A stretch of 64,000 bases of DNA. Source: Verrucomicrobiota bacterium (GTDB lineage: Bacteria; Verrucomicrobiota; Verrucomicrobiia; Palsa-1439). The stretch spans positions 10,938 to 74,937 of the forward strand of contig VHCW01000004.1 of NCBI GenBank assembly GCA_016871575.1, given 5' to 3'. The notes below the pieces were generated by a model that was not told where the DNA came from, made no database searches, and saw only the letters and a list, made by a program, of their open reading frames with translations. Both the position numbers and the translations under genes were made by a program. Below, piece by piece: positions 1 to 9,618 of this stretch; positions within the stretch are counted from its first letter, which is position 1; each line of letters begins with the position of its first letter.

Positions 1-1
1 C

Positions 2-76
2 CAGCGCCCCGAGGATTTCACAGAGGCGCGGCGCTCGGTGCAACGGAAGGTGGCGCAGGCTGCCGCGAAGGAGTGA
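2..76 (+). CDS. 3' end of a probable antitoxin (truncated by window edge)
   Basis: Open frame QRPEDFTEARRSVQRKVAQAAAKE* stops 3 nt before the PIN gene ATG, as in a type II TA operon. Confidence 0.55.
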   Translation, partial: QRPEDFTEARRSVQRKVAQAAAKE

Positions 77-79
77 GCA

Positions 80-487
80 ATGGCCACGACTTTGTTGTTG
101 GACACAAACGTTCTGGTGCGATTCCTCACCAACGATGACCCGCGCAAGGCCGATCGTTGCGACAAGCTGTTCCGCCGGGCGGCCAAGGGCGAGGTGACAC
201 TTCGTCTTTCCGATGTGTGCCTTGCCGAACTGGTCTGGACGCTGGAATCATACTATCGGCTCGACCGTCAGGACATTGCCGCCAAGATCACCGCCGTGTT
301 GAACACGGACGGATTCGAGGCGGAGAACGAGACATTGTGGCTGGACGCCATGCGCCGCTACGCGGAATCCAATGTGGATTTGATGGACGCTTATCACGCC
401 GCACAAGCCGCGCAGGCCAGTTGGCCGGTCTGCTCGTATGACCGGGACCTCGACCAGTTTCACGACGTTCAACGCGTGGAGCCATGA
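80..487 (+). CDS. vapC: PIN-domain (VapC-like) toxin
   Basis: LLDTNVLVRFL N-terminal motif, conserved acidic residues (LAELVWTL, LMDAYH, SYDRD), 135 aa. Confidence 0.9.
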   Translation: MATTLLLDTNVLVRFLTNDDPRKADRCDKLFRRAAKGEVTLRLSDVCLAELVWTLESYYRLDRQDIAAKITAVLNTDGFEAENETLWLDAMRRYAESNVDLMDAYHAAQAAQASWPVCSYDRDLDQFHDVQRVEP

Positions 488-542
488 AGCCTGTTCCTGA
501 TTGCTGAATGAAACATCTGCGCGCGCGTCTGACGCTTACACC

Positions 543-1758
543 ATGATCAAGAACTTATCCCGCCGAAGATTTCTCAGCGCCGTGCTTGCCTCGGCGACTG
601 CGCCGCTGTTCATTCCCGCCAACGCGCTCGGTCGCGGTGACCGTCCCGCGCCGAGCAACCGTCTGGTGTTTGGCTCCATCGGCGTCGGCGGACGCGGCTC
701 GGGCAACACGAAGACGATGGTCGGCTTCAGCGAAGTCCAGATGGTCGCGATCTGCGATGTGCGCGAAGACAAACGCACCGCCGCCAAGGGTTACGTTGAC
801 AAACAATACGGCAACACCTCCTGCGCCGCGGTCAACGATTTCCGCGAGATCACGCGCCGCGATGACATTGACGGCATTCTCATCGGCACGCCCGATCACT
901 GGCACGTGCCGATTGCCATTGACGCGATGCGCCACGGCAAGGACGTCTTTTGCGAGAAGCCGGAGACGCTCACCATCGGCGAAGGCCGTCAACTCATCGA
1001 GGCCGTCAAGCGAACCGGCCGCGTTTACTCCGGCGGCAGCCAGCGCGTCTGGGGCGATTACAACTGGTTTCACAAAATGGTCCGTGGCGGCGCCATCGGC
1101 GAGGTGAAGGAAGTCTGGGTCAATGTCGGCGGCCCATCGCGTCCGAGCAACCTACCCGAAGAACCGATGATGCCCGGCCTCGACTGGGAACTCTGGCTCG
1201 GTCCCGCCCCGTGGGTGCCGTTCAACGAGAAACTCCTCAAATTCCGCACGTGGCGCGACTACTCCGGCGGCGGCATGACCGACTGGGGCGCGCACACGTT
1301 CGGCGGCGCGCTCTTCGCCTGCAACCTCCACATGACCGGCCCTGTTCGGATCGTTCCGCCCGATGGAAAGGATTTTCCACAACTCACCTACATCTTCGCC
1401 AACGGCATCCGCATCTACCACGCTCCCGGAAGCAAACGCCTCAGATTTCGCGGCACCAAACGCGAAATCTCCGATGCCGACGCCAAACTCATCCCCGCGC
1501 CGAACATTTTCATCCCGAATTACAAAGGCGGCGGCACGCTGCCTGGCGATTTCCTTCACTGCATCAGGACCCGGCAGCAACCGTTCCGCCACGTCGAGAC
1601 CGTATCATCGCACCGTCAGTTTCTGTCACCTCGGCAACCTCGCCTACTGGCTTGACCGCCCGCTGAAATGGGATCCCGCGAAAGAACAATTCATCGGCGA
1701 CGACGAAGCCAACCGCTGGCTTGCCCGTCCCAGCCGTGCGAGGTGGCAAATCGCATGA
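543..1758 (+). pseudogene. Tat-exported Gfo/Idh/MocA oxidoreductase with a single-base frameshift near 1602-1605 (real lesion or sequence error)
   Basis: SRRRFL Tat motif, GVGGRG, TPDHWH, CEKP, DWGAH. The family C-terminus HRTVSFCHLGNLAYWLDRPLKWDP...W is in the shifted frame ending at 1758. Confidence 0.85.
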
Positions 1759-3515
1759 GAACAATCCGAAACCGAGTCCGCGAGACCTGCGCAGCAAATT
1801 CGAATATCGAAATCCGAAACAAGCACGAAGCCCAAATGACCAAAACCGTTTTGAACATTGCCGCAATTCGAATTTGTTTCGGATTTCGGATTTTGTGCTT
1901 CGGATTTGTCCTCCTTGCCGCCACGCCGCTGTTTGCCGCAGCGAAACAGAGTCCTTACTTCGCGGTCCCGCTGCCGCCAGTGCCCGACAAAGTCACTCCC
2001 GCCGTCCAACTCACCGGCAAGGAGACGCCCGGCCAACTCGTCGCCGCCTACGTCAACGCCATCAAAAGCCTTTTGCCCGGCCTCGCCAGCGCGGACGAAC
2101 AAGCTCTGTTTACTCTCGAAGCCACTGTCCACCACGCCGGAAGACCCGGTGCCGAAGCCGAGAGGCTCGCCTGCTGCAACGCCATCATCGCGGCGCTCAA
2201 TGCCCCCTCGCGTGTCAAATCACACTTGCTCCACCAACTCCAAGTCATCGGCAAAGCCGAGAGCGTCCCCGCGCTCATCAAGCTGCTCAACGACCCCGAC
2301 CCGCACGTCGCCAGCGACGCCCGCATTGCGCTCGACGCCAATCCGGCGTGTCCGGAACAATACCGGAGCATTGCCAAACTCGATGTCCCCGTTCGCAGGG
2401 ACGTTGCGTTACGCGCCAAACTCCTTGCTGCCGGCGACAATGCCGGCCCCGAAATGATCCGCTGGCTCACCGGCGACGATGCCGTGGGGCGCATGGTCGC
2501 GCTGGGCATGATCAAGGAACTTGGCCCCGCCGGGCGCAAACAACTCGTTGCCGGCGCCGGCAACCTTCCGCCGGCGACCAAGGCGATTGTCATCGAGTCG
2601 CTCGCCAACCTCGACGACAAATCCGTGTTGCCGCTGGCGCGCGCCAGCCTCAAGAGTCCTGATCCGTTGCTTCAATCCGCTGGACTGACCGCGCTGGCGC
2701 GGCTCGACGACCCCGAAGCCGATGACGCCGTCATTGCCGCGATGAACGACGCGACCGGCGAGGTGAAATGCAGCCTCATCGGCGTCATGGCCCAGCGCGG
2801 CAAACACAGCGCCGTGCCGGCGCTGCTCGCCGTCACCGGCAATCCGGACGCCAATGTCGTAAAAGCGGCCTGCCGCGCCCTCGGCGAACTCGCCGACGCC
2901 GGCGATCTGCCGGTGTTGCTCGATCAATTTCCCGAGGTTGCCGCGAAGGCGCTCGGAAAGATCGCTCCCGACACCGGTGCCGAGCTTGTCCAAGCCGCGC
3001 TGAGTCGCGCGAAGGACAAGGCTGCGCGTGCCGCGTTGTTGAAAATGTTCCGGTATTGTACCGGCCCGAAGGCGCTGGCGGCGTTGCAGGCGGCGTTGCA
3101 GGACAAGGATGTTTCCATCCGCGAAGCGGCTGTGCGGACGCTGGCCGATTGGCCGGACCCGGTGGTATTGGACACACTCGCCGCCATTTACCAGAAGCCG
3201 GAGAAACCGGCGTTCAGCATTGTGGCGTTGCGGGGCATCGTCCGCCTCGCATCCTCGGCCAACAAACAGCCGACACCCGAACTCGTCGCGCGCTACCGTC
3301 AACTGCTGGCCGACGCGCGCAGCGACGACGACCGCCGCCGCGTGCTTGGCGCGCTTGGCGGCTGCGGACACGTGGCCGCGTTGGAGCTTGCCGTCGCGCA
3401 ACTGGCGACGCCGAACCTGCGCGCCGAGGCCGCGGCGGCGGTGAAGAACATCGCCGCGCTGGTCAAGAGGCAGCACCCGAAGGAATCGAAAGCCGCGCTG
3501 CAACGGTTGAAGTAA
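1755..3515 (+). CDS. secreted HEAT-repeat protein
   Basis: ATG overlaps the upstream stop (ATGA); signal-like segment ending TPLFA; repeated HEAT motifs (AVPALLA, IREAAVRTLADWPD). Alternative start at 1836. Confidence 0.8.
   Translation: MRTIRNRVRETCAANSNIEIRNKHEAQMTKTVLNIAAIRICFGFRILCFGFVLLAATPLFAAAKQSPYFAVPLPPVPDKVTPAVQLTGKETPGQLVAAYVNAIKSLLPGLASADEQALFTLEATVHHAGRPGAEAERLACCNAIIAALNAPSRVKSHLLHQLQVIGKAESVPALIKLLNDPDPHVASDARIALDANPACPEQYRSIAKLDVPVRRDVALRAKLLAAGDNAGPEMIRWLTGDDAVGRMVALGMIKELGPAGRKQLVAGAGNLPPATKAIVIESLANLDDKSVLPLARASLKSPDPLLQSAGLTALARLDDPEADDAVIAAMNDATGEVKCSLIGVMAQRGKHSAVPALLAVTGNPDANVVKAACRALGELADAGDLPVLLDQFPEVAAKALGKIAPDTGAELVQAALSRAKDKAARAALLKMFRYCTGPKALAALQAALQDKDVSIREAAVRTLADWPDPVVLDTLAAIYQKPEKPAFSIVALRGIVRLASSANKQPTPELVARYRQLLADARSDDDRRRVLGALGGCGHVAALELAVAQLATPNLRAEAAAAVKNIAALVKRQHPKESKAALQRLK
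1796..1907. repeat. heptamer-based inverted repeat inside the 5' end of the HEAT gene
   Basis: Left arm aaattcgaatatcgaaatccgaaacaa, right arm ttgtttcggatttcggattttgtgcttcggattt; CGAAATCCGAAACAA/TTGTTTCGGATTTCG is a perfect 15-bp pair. Confidence 0.8.
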
Positions 3516-3527
3516 CTCCGGGACTGT

Positions 3528-3623
3528 GCGCGGTCTGGAGACCCGCGCACAACAGGGCTGTGTTTGTTCGGCGGAGTTCGGCGCAGGTCTCTGACCGCGC
3601 CGCGGGCTTGACCGAAGGTCTCC
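3528..3623. repeat. REP-like intergenic inverted repeat
   Basis: gcgcggtctggagacccgcgc (3528) is near-complementary to gcgcaggtctctgaccgcgc (3581-3600), followed by gaccgaaggtctcc. Confidence 0.65.
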
Positions 3624-3665
3624 TTTCCGGTGGATAAAGGCCACCAGAAAGCGTAGGATATTGCC

Positions 3666-3926
3666 ATGACGATCACCAAGAAAACAGTCGCTGAGAAGAT
3701 CGCCGCGTATCTCCACCACGAGATCACGCTGGCGCAACTGGTGGACTGGTCGGAGAGCGCGCTGATGGACGGCGAGCTTGCCGAGCGCGACGCGCAAACG
3801 CTTTCATCCGTCATCGCACGTCTCGGTGTGGCTGACGTGCGCGCCTTCGGGCTGGCATGGGAAGACTGCAAAGAACTGCTCCACAAACTCAGATTCTCCT
3901 CTCGCGTGGAAGTCGTCGCCGCCTGA
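3666..3926 (+). CDS. small helical hypothetical protein (86 aa)
   Basis: Host-like codon usage; TAGGAT -10-like box 6 nt upstream of the ATG. Confidence 0.75.
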   Translation: MTITKKTVAEKIAAYLHHEITLAQLVDWSESALMDGELAERDAQTLSSVIARLGVADVRAFGLAWEDCKELLHKLRFSSRVEVVAA

Positions 3927-4081
3927 CAGCCTGCCGGAACAAAGCCGGTTCATCGCGACAACTTCGACAATTTCGTTCTTGCCCGGTCATCTTCGATGGC
4001 GTTATTCTCCACACCGAAAGGAACACTTACAACGTAACGAACCAATAACCCAAAACCAATTCGCGTAGCTTCGGCTGCTGT

Positions 4082-4188
4082 CCACATCGAAACGTGGAAA
4101 TTTCGCATGGCAAGCAGCGCAATGAAGCGCGCCCCGCAAGGGGCGTGCTGAAAGCGCCTTGCCATGGGCATCCACGTGCCTGATGTGG
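4082..4188. other. long imperfect hairpin (candidate structured RNA or DNA site)
   Basis: Nested stems ccacatc/gatgtgg, acgtgga/tccacgt, catggcaag/cttgccatg, gcgc/gcgc, agcgcgcccc/ggggcgtgct closed by a GCAA tetraloop. Confidence 0.6.
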
Positions 4189-4254
4189 GGTGTAAGTAAG
4201 TGCGCCCCGTTTTGTTTGGGCTACAGACGGAAGACCCGCGAGAAGGAGATTGAA

Positions 4255-4596
4255 ATGTTTGCGTTTGCACCAGATTCACATCACTTGTTGCCCATCTTGT
4301 TAGCGGTGCTGCCGCAGTCCTTTGTCGCCGCTCTTATCGCACGAAGGAAAGGGCATAACTTCTGGAGATGGTTCCTTCTGGGAATCGGAATAACGATAGG
4401 ATCAGGCTTACTCGCGCTCCTTGCTTTCGTTTACGGAGGCGCTATTGGACGACTGGTTGCCATCGCAGTTGTTCTCTTGGCTGCGCCGATTATTGCGCTA
4501 TTCCTCAAGCGGAAGGAACAAGAACGACCCGTAGCACATCAACCTGTTCAGTCTCCAACTCATGTCACACCAGATTCAGGTAGGAGAGGGTCGTGA
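4255..4596 (+). CDS. small membrane protein, lower GC
   Basis: AAGGAG RBS; three hydrophobic segments; ARRKGHNFWRWFLLG motif. Confidence 0.75.
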   Translation: MFAFAPDSHHLLPILLAVLPQSFVAALIARRKGHNFWRWFLLGIGITIGSGLLALLAFVYGGAIGRLVAIAVVLLAAPIIALFLKRKEQERPVAHQPVQSPTHVTPDSGRRGS

Positions 4597-4997
4597 AGGC
4601 TATTCGTTACATTTTGTGCGGCATTTTTGCCATTCTGACTTTGATAATGCTTGTTGACTGGATCGCGGAAGGAAAACCACGGGAAATCCCCTACCGAGTA
4701 GCCATTTTGACCGTACTCGGCAATCTGTCGTGGCTTAGCTTTCCTAACCGCAAAGGTTCGATGCCATTGGGACTGCTTTGGGGCGAGTTTGTTCTCGCGG
4801 GACTTTACATTGTGGTTGCTGGTATCCGACTACATGCTGTCGCGTCACCAGAATTTCAGCGCAGTCATCTTTTCACGCAAGACACCGAAATGTGGTATGC
4901 ACAACAAGATTTGCACATGGCTACAACTGCTCTTGTGGTTTTTGGAGTCGTTCTATTGGCGAGAAAAATTGAATCACGAAACCAAACGACCAAATAA
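4593..4997 (+). CDS. small 4-TM membrane protein, lower GC
   Basis: GTGA start/stop overlap with the previous gene; GGAGAGG RBS; four hydrophobic segments. Confidence 0.7.
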   Translation: MKAIRYILCGIFAILTLIMLVDWIAEGKPREIPYRVAILTVLGNLSWLSFPNRKGSMPLGLLWGEFVLAGLYIVVAGIRLHAVASPEFQRSHLFTQDTEMWYAQQDLHMATTALVVFGVVLLARKIESRNQTTK

Positions 4998-5140
4998 TAC
5001 TCTTCCGAAAATCTCGTTCGACGAATTGAGAGGCTTGTGTGTTGGGGAGACAGGCCACACTGTTCAGCCGTCGTACCGGAAACGCGGCGACGGAGTGCTG
5101 CGACTACAACGAATGACTCCCAGAACATGACGCTCATCCG

Positions 5141-5172
5141 ATTCTGTCTCCTGACTTCTGAATTCTGACTCC
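5141..5172. repeat. degenerate heptamer tandem repeat upstream of purL
   Basis: attctgt ctcctga cttctga attctga ctcc. Confidence 0.5.
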
Positions 5173-5235
5173 TTTTCCCAACAAGGCGGCATTGCAATCT
5201 GGCGGGGATTGGCTACACTGCGCGGCGAATTTCCC

Positions 5236-7515
5236 ATGAACATTACACCTGAAGTCATCGCCAAACACGGAATCACGCCGGACGAATACGAGCGGATCAA
5301 ACAAATCCTCGGCCGCGAGCCGAATATCACGGAGCTGGGCATCTTCTCCGTGATGTGGTCGGAGCATTGCAGCTACAAGAACTCCAAGCCGGAACTGAAG
5401 AAGTTCCCGCGCGAGGCCGATTTCATCCTCGTGAAGGCGGGCGAGGAGAACGCCGGGATCGTGGACGTCGGCGACGGCTGGGCCATCGCGTTCAAGATCG
5501 AGTCGCACAACCATCCGAGCGCGGTCGAGCCGTTCCAGGGCGCGGCGACGGGCATGGGCGGCATCATCCGCGACATCTTCACGATGGGGTCGCGTCCGTT
5601 GATGGGATTCGATTCGCTGCGGTTCGGGCCGATCGAGGGCGACTCGGCGCAGGCGGCGACGAACCGGCGGTTGTTCGCGGGCGTGGTGGCGGGCATCGCG
5701 CACTACGGCAATTGCATCGGCATTCCGACGGTCGGCGGCGAGGTTTATTTCGACGAGTCGTACAACGGCAATCCGTTGGTGAACGCGCTTTGCCTCGGCA
5801 TCATTCGTCACGACCAGATCAAGCGCGGTTGCGCGAAGGGCGTCGGCAACCCGGTGATTTACGTCGGCAGCGCCACGGGCAAGGACGGCCTCGCGGGCGC
5901 GGCGTTCGCGTCGCGCGAACTGACCGAGGAATCGCACGAGGACCGCCCGGCGGTGCAGGTCGGCGACCCGTTCATGGAGAAACTGTTGCTCGAAGCGTGC
6001 CTGGAGGTGATGCGCAAGAACGGGCTGGTCGTTGGCATTCAAGACATGGGCGCGGCGGGGCTGACCTGTTCGACGTGCGAGACGGCGAGCCGGGGCGGTT
6101 CCGGCAACGAGATTGATCTGAACCTCGTCCCGAAACGCGAGACGGGCATGACGCCGTACGAAATCATGCTCAGTGAATCGCAGGAGCGGATGTTGCTCAT
6201 CGCCAACAAGGGACGCGAGAAAGAGGTCGAGGAGATTTTCCGCAAGTGGGACCTCCACGGCGTCACGATTGGCAAGGTCACCAACGACGGCATGATGCGG
6301 ATCAAGGTCGGCAAGGAAATCGCCGCCGAGATTCCCGCGGCGAAGCTGGCGGACGACGCACCGGTCTACCATCGGTCTGTCGAACAGCCCGAATGGGAAA
6401 TTCGAAACTCGAAATTCGAAACCCGAAGTGTTCGTGAGCCGCGCAACTGTCAGACGATTCTGCCGAAGCTGTTGGCATCGCCGACGATTGCGTCGAAGAA
6501 CTGGGTGTACCGGCAATACGACCACATGGTGCAGGACGGCACAGCGGTTGTACCGGGAAGCGATGCGGCGGTGATTCGGATCAATTTGAAACGCCCCGAT
6601 TTCGGTTACACGCCGAAGAAGGGCGAGCCGACGGAGAAATACATCGCGTTCACGACCGATTGCAACGGCGCCTACTGCTACCTCGACCCGTACGAAGGCG
6701 GCAAGACAGCGGTGGCCGAGGCGGCGCGCAATCTCGTGTGCAGCGGAGCGCGTCCGTTGGCGGTGACGGATTGCCTGAACTTCGGCAACCCGATGGATCC
6801 GCACATTTTCTGGCAATTCCGGCGCTGTGTGGATGGACTGTCGGAAGGTTGCCGGGCATTTGGCACGCCGGTGACGGGCGGCAACGTGAGTTTCTACAAC
6901 GAATCGCCGGTGGCCGCGATTGACCCGACGCCGACGGTCGGGATGCTCGGCCTGATTGACGACCCGAAACACATCACGACACAGTGGTTCAAGGAATCGG
7001 GCCACGTCATCCTCTTGCTCGGCGACATCGGCGACGAACTCGGCGGCAGCGAGTACCTGAAGCGCATCCACGGCCTGAAGACCGGCAAACCGCCGCGAAT
7101 GGATTTGGCCGTGGCGAAACGGACGCATGATTTTGTGTTGGAGATCATCAAGAAGCGCTGGGTCGCCAGCGCCCACGATTGCAGCGAAGGCGGCCTCGCC
7201 GTCGCGCTGGCAGAGAGTTGTGTCTCCAACGGCGATTGCATGGTCGGCGCGAGGGTGAACGTGAGCCAATTCAAGCAGCGCGTGGACGCGACGTTGTTCG
7301 GCGAAAGCCAGAACCGGATCGTCATCAGCGCCACAAAGACCAACGCCGACAAGATCATGAAAGCAGCGGCGAAAACAGGCTTGCCCGTGACGAAGCTCGG
7401 CGCGACCGGTGGCAGGACGCTGAAGATCAATACCGCGAAAGGCGAGCTTTCTTATGAGGTCGCCAAGCTCCGGGACCTGTGGTGGAACGCGATTACCCGC
7501 ATCATGGAGCGGTAG
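5236..7515 (+). CDS. purL: phosphoribosylformylglycinamidine synthase subunit PurL (small type)
   Basis: [58 protein letters not shown] motifs. Confidence 0.98.
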   Translation: MNITPEVIAKHGITPDEYERIKQILGREPNITELGIFSVMWSEHCSYKNSKPELKKFPREADFILVKAGEENAGIVDVGDGWAIAFKIESHNHPSAVEPFQGAATGMGGIIRDIFTMGSRPLMGFDSLRFGPIEGDSAQAATNRRLFAGVVAGIAHYGNCIGIPTVGGEVYFDESYNGNPLVNALCLGIIRHDQIKRGCAKGVGNPVIYVGSATGKDGLAGAAFASRELTEESHEDRPAVQVGDPFMEKLLLEACLEVMRKNGLVVGIQDMGAAGLTCSTCETASRGGSGNEIDLNLVPKRETGMTPYEIMLSESQERMLLIANKGREKEVEEIFRKWDLHGVTIGKVTNDGMMRIKVGKEIAAEIPAAKLADDAPVYHRSVEQPEWEIRNSKFETRSVREPRNCQTILPKLLASPTIASKNWVYRQYDHMVQDGTAVVPGSDAAVIRINLKRPDFGYTPKKGEPTEKYIAFTTDCNGAYCYLDPYEGGKTAVAEAARNLVCSGARPLAVTDCLNFGNPMDPHIFWQFRRCVDGLSEGCRAFGTPVTGGNVSFYNESPVAAIDPTPTVGMLGLIDDPKHITTQWFKESGHVILLLGDIGDELGGSEYLKRIHGLKTGKPPRMDLAVAKRTHDFVLEIIKKRWVASAHDCSEGGLAVALAESCVSNGDCMVGARVNVSQFKQRVDATLFGESQNRIVISATKTNADKIMKAAAKTGLPVTKLGATGGRTLKINTAKGELSYEVAKLRDLWWNAITRIMER

Positions 7516-7544
7516 TGCTTCGTCAAATTTGAATGTGAGGGTCT

Positions 7545-7656
7545 GTTTGTAGTAACGCACGCAGTCCCGCGCTGTTTCGGGACGAAGTGCGGACCGTTCA
7601 GCTTGCAACGAACTCTCCCAACGCCACTTCGCTTCGCTGCGTGGCTCACTACGAAC
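7545..7656. repeat. GTAG...CTAC REP/REPIN-like doublet
   Basis: gtttGTAGtaacgcacgcag and ctgcgtggctcaCTACgaac are near reverse complements. Confidence 0.6.
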
Positions 7657-7662
7657 TGCCAT

Positions 7663-7701
7663 AAAAAGATCGGGGCGTCCCGCATGGCGGAACGCCCCGA
7701 T
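7663..7701 (-). terminator. intrinsic terminator of the minus-strand lipoprotein gene
   Basis: Stem atcggggcgt...acgccccgat with an adjacent A-run (U-tract on the minus strand). Confidence 0.75.
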
Positions 7702-7720
7702 AAACATCCTGTGGACGGCG

Positions 7721-8065
7721 TTACTTCTTGAGGATTCCCTCGACGGCTTTCCCGGCTTCCTTCTGCAGTTGTTCCGCTTTTGCGGCAACCTGCTTCTGGA
7801 CTTGGGCAATCACGTCCTGCAACGCCTGTTTTTGCGCGTCGGTGAGCTTGGCTTGGGCAGCGGCCGCTTGAAGCTTGGCCAATGCCCCGGCGTAGTCGCC
7901 GGCCTTGATGGCAGACACGGCGGCGTCCACATTGCCCTTGACGGCCGGCTCGGCGGAACTGAAGCTGCTCTCCAGTTTACCGGTGTCCACGCCGCTCTTG
8001 CTGCACCCGATGAGGGTCAATGCTCCCACTGCGATGACGACTGCGATCCATGCGAAACGTTTCAT
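7721..8065 (-). CDS. small helical lipoprotein
   Basis: Lipobox LIGC after a hydrophobic signal; AAAGGA RBS. Confidence 0.85.
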   Translation of the reverse strand: MKRFAWIAVVIAVGALTLIGCSKSGVDTGKLESSFSSAEPAVKGNVDAAVSAIKAGDYAGALAKLQAAAAQAKLTDAQKQALQDVIAQVQKQVAAKAEQLQKEAGKAVEGILKK

Positions 8066-8192
8066 AAGTGCGTTTTTCCTTTCTGGACAATCAGCCTACC
8101 ACAAAAGCCCCCCCAACAACACAATTCATTGTGTTTGCCCCGGAAGTAATTTGCAGTTGGCAGCGGCGGAGAGGTGCGCTATCACTCTGCCC

Positions 8193-9296
8193 ATGAGCAA
8201 CACCTTACGTCTCGGAGTCATTGGTGTCGGCGCCATGGGCGCCCGCCACGCGGAACAGATCATCGCCGGCGCCGTGCCGCGTTGCGAAGTGACCGCTGTC
8301 TGCAGCCAGATACCGGAACAACTCGCCCGTTTCCCCAAGCAACGGCAATTCGCCCGCAGCGAGGATCTCATCCGTTGCGGCGAGGTGGATGCCGTGCTGA
8401 TTGCCACGCCGCACTACTCGCACACCACCATCGGCGCTGATGCGCTTCACAACGGCCTTCACGTCCTCGTCGAGAAACCCATTTCCGTCCACAAAGCCGA
8501 CGCCGAGCGCCTGCTCGCCGCGCACACCGATCCGCGCCAGGTTTTCGCCGTCATGTTCAACATGCGGACCGAGCCGCTGTTCCTGAAAATCCGCGAGATG
8601 CTTTCCGCCGGTGAACTTGGCAAGCTCCAGCGCGTGAGCTGGATCATCACCCACTGGTTCCGTCCCGACGCCTATTACGCCAGTGCCCCGTGGCGCGGCA
8701 CTTGGGCGGGCGAAGGCGGCGGCGTCCTCCTCAACCAGTGCCCGCATCAACTCGACCTGTTTCAATGGTTCTTCGGCATGCCGAGCCGGCTGCGCGCCTT
8801 CTGTCACCTTGGCAAGTATCACCGCATTCAGGTGGAGGACGAAGTCACCGCCTATCTCGAATACGACAACGGCCTGACCGGCGTGTTCATCGCTTCCACC
8901 GGCGAAGCGCCCGGCGCCAACCGCCTCGAAATCGCCGGCGACAACGGCCGTCTCGTTGTGGAAAACAACACGATCACCTTCACCCGCAACGAAACCCCCA
9001 CGTCCCAGTTCAGCCGCGCCACGAAGGAACTCTTCCCCGCCGTGGCGGCGACAACCACCACCGTCGCGATCCCGAGTTTCACCGGACAGCACATGGCGAT
9101 TGTGCGGAATTTCGTGGATGCCATCCTCGATGGCGCGCCGTTGATCGCTCCGGCCGCGGAGGGAATCCGATCCGTCGAACTGGGCAATGCGATGCTGTTG
9201 TCCTCGCTTCAGGGACGGACCGTCGGGTTCCCGATGGACGGCGCCGTGTTCGAAAAGGAACTGCAACGGCTCATCGCAACAGCCGGCGGTGCGTAA
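8193..9296 (+). CDS. Gfo/Idh/MocA oxidoreductase (no signal peptide)
   Basis: GVIGVGAMG, ATPHYSH, VEKP, WRGTWAGEGGGVLLNQCPHQLD. Confidence 0.93.
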   Translation: MSNTLRLGVIGVGAMGARHAEQIIAGAVPRCEVTAVCSQIPEQLARFPKQRQFARSEDLIRCGEVDAVLIATPHYSHTTIGADALHNGLHVLVEKPISVHKADAERLLAAHTDPRQVFAVMFNMRTEPLFLKIREMLSAGELGKLQRVSWIITHWFRPDAYYASAPWRGTWAGEGGGVLLNQCPHQLDLFQWFFGMPSRLRAFCHLGKYHRIQVEDEVTAYLEYDNGLTGVFIASTGEAPGANRLEIAGDNGRLVVENNTITFTRNETPTSQFSRATKELFPAVAATTTTVAIPSFTGQHMAIVRNFVDAILDGAPLIAPAAEGIRSVELGNAMLLSSLQGRTVGFPMDGAVFEKELQRLIATAGGA

Positions 9297-9519
9297 GATA
9301 CACGATCAACATCCCCAGCACCAACACCGCAACACACAACACCACGCCGCTCCAGCGCATCCGTTTCTCCATCCGCCATGCCGTCACGCCGAGCGCCGCC
9401 GCATAAATCGCAAGCGCCGACAGCAACACCCATTGGTTGACGCCCCAGACATTGAGCGACGACAACACCGTCGGCCCGAGCGCGCCGAGCACCAGAATCA
9501 GTTTCAGATACGTTCGCAT
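9271..9519 (-). CDS. small 3-TM membrane protein
   Basis: 82 aa with three hydrophobic helices; 26-nt convergent overlap. Confidence 0.6.
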   Translation of the reverse strand: MRTYLKLILVLGALGPTVLSSLNVWGVNQWVLLSALAIYAAALGVTAWRMEKRMRWSGVVLCVAVLVLGMLIVYLTHRRLLR

Positions 9520-9618
9520 GATTCGACCGCCAACGATTCCGCCGAATCGTCACTTGGCAGCGGATGGGGTTGCTGGTAGATTGCTGGAAATTTCACAAGC
9601 AGAAGTGTAGCAGCACGC

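Noticed and set aside
488-510. tgttcctgattgctga after vapC as another CCGGAACA-family motif
   Set aside because: Weak match and opposite orientation relative to the gene
4115-4175. hammerhead ribozyme (AUGA-stem-GAAA)
   Set aside because: CUGA core missing (CAAUGA) and no stem III-UH; a simple rod explains the pairing
5134-7809. 891-aa minus-strand ORF and similar long antisense ORFs (e.g. 19886-21667, 54121-56283, 60670-63084)
   Set aside because: Shadows of well-supported genes caused by high-GC codon bias; no motifs
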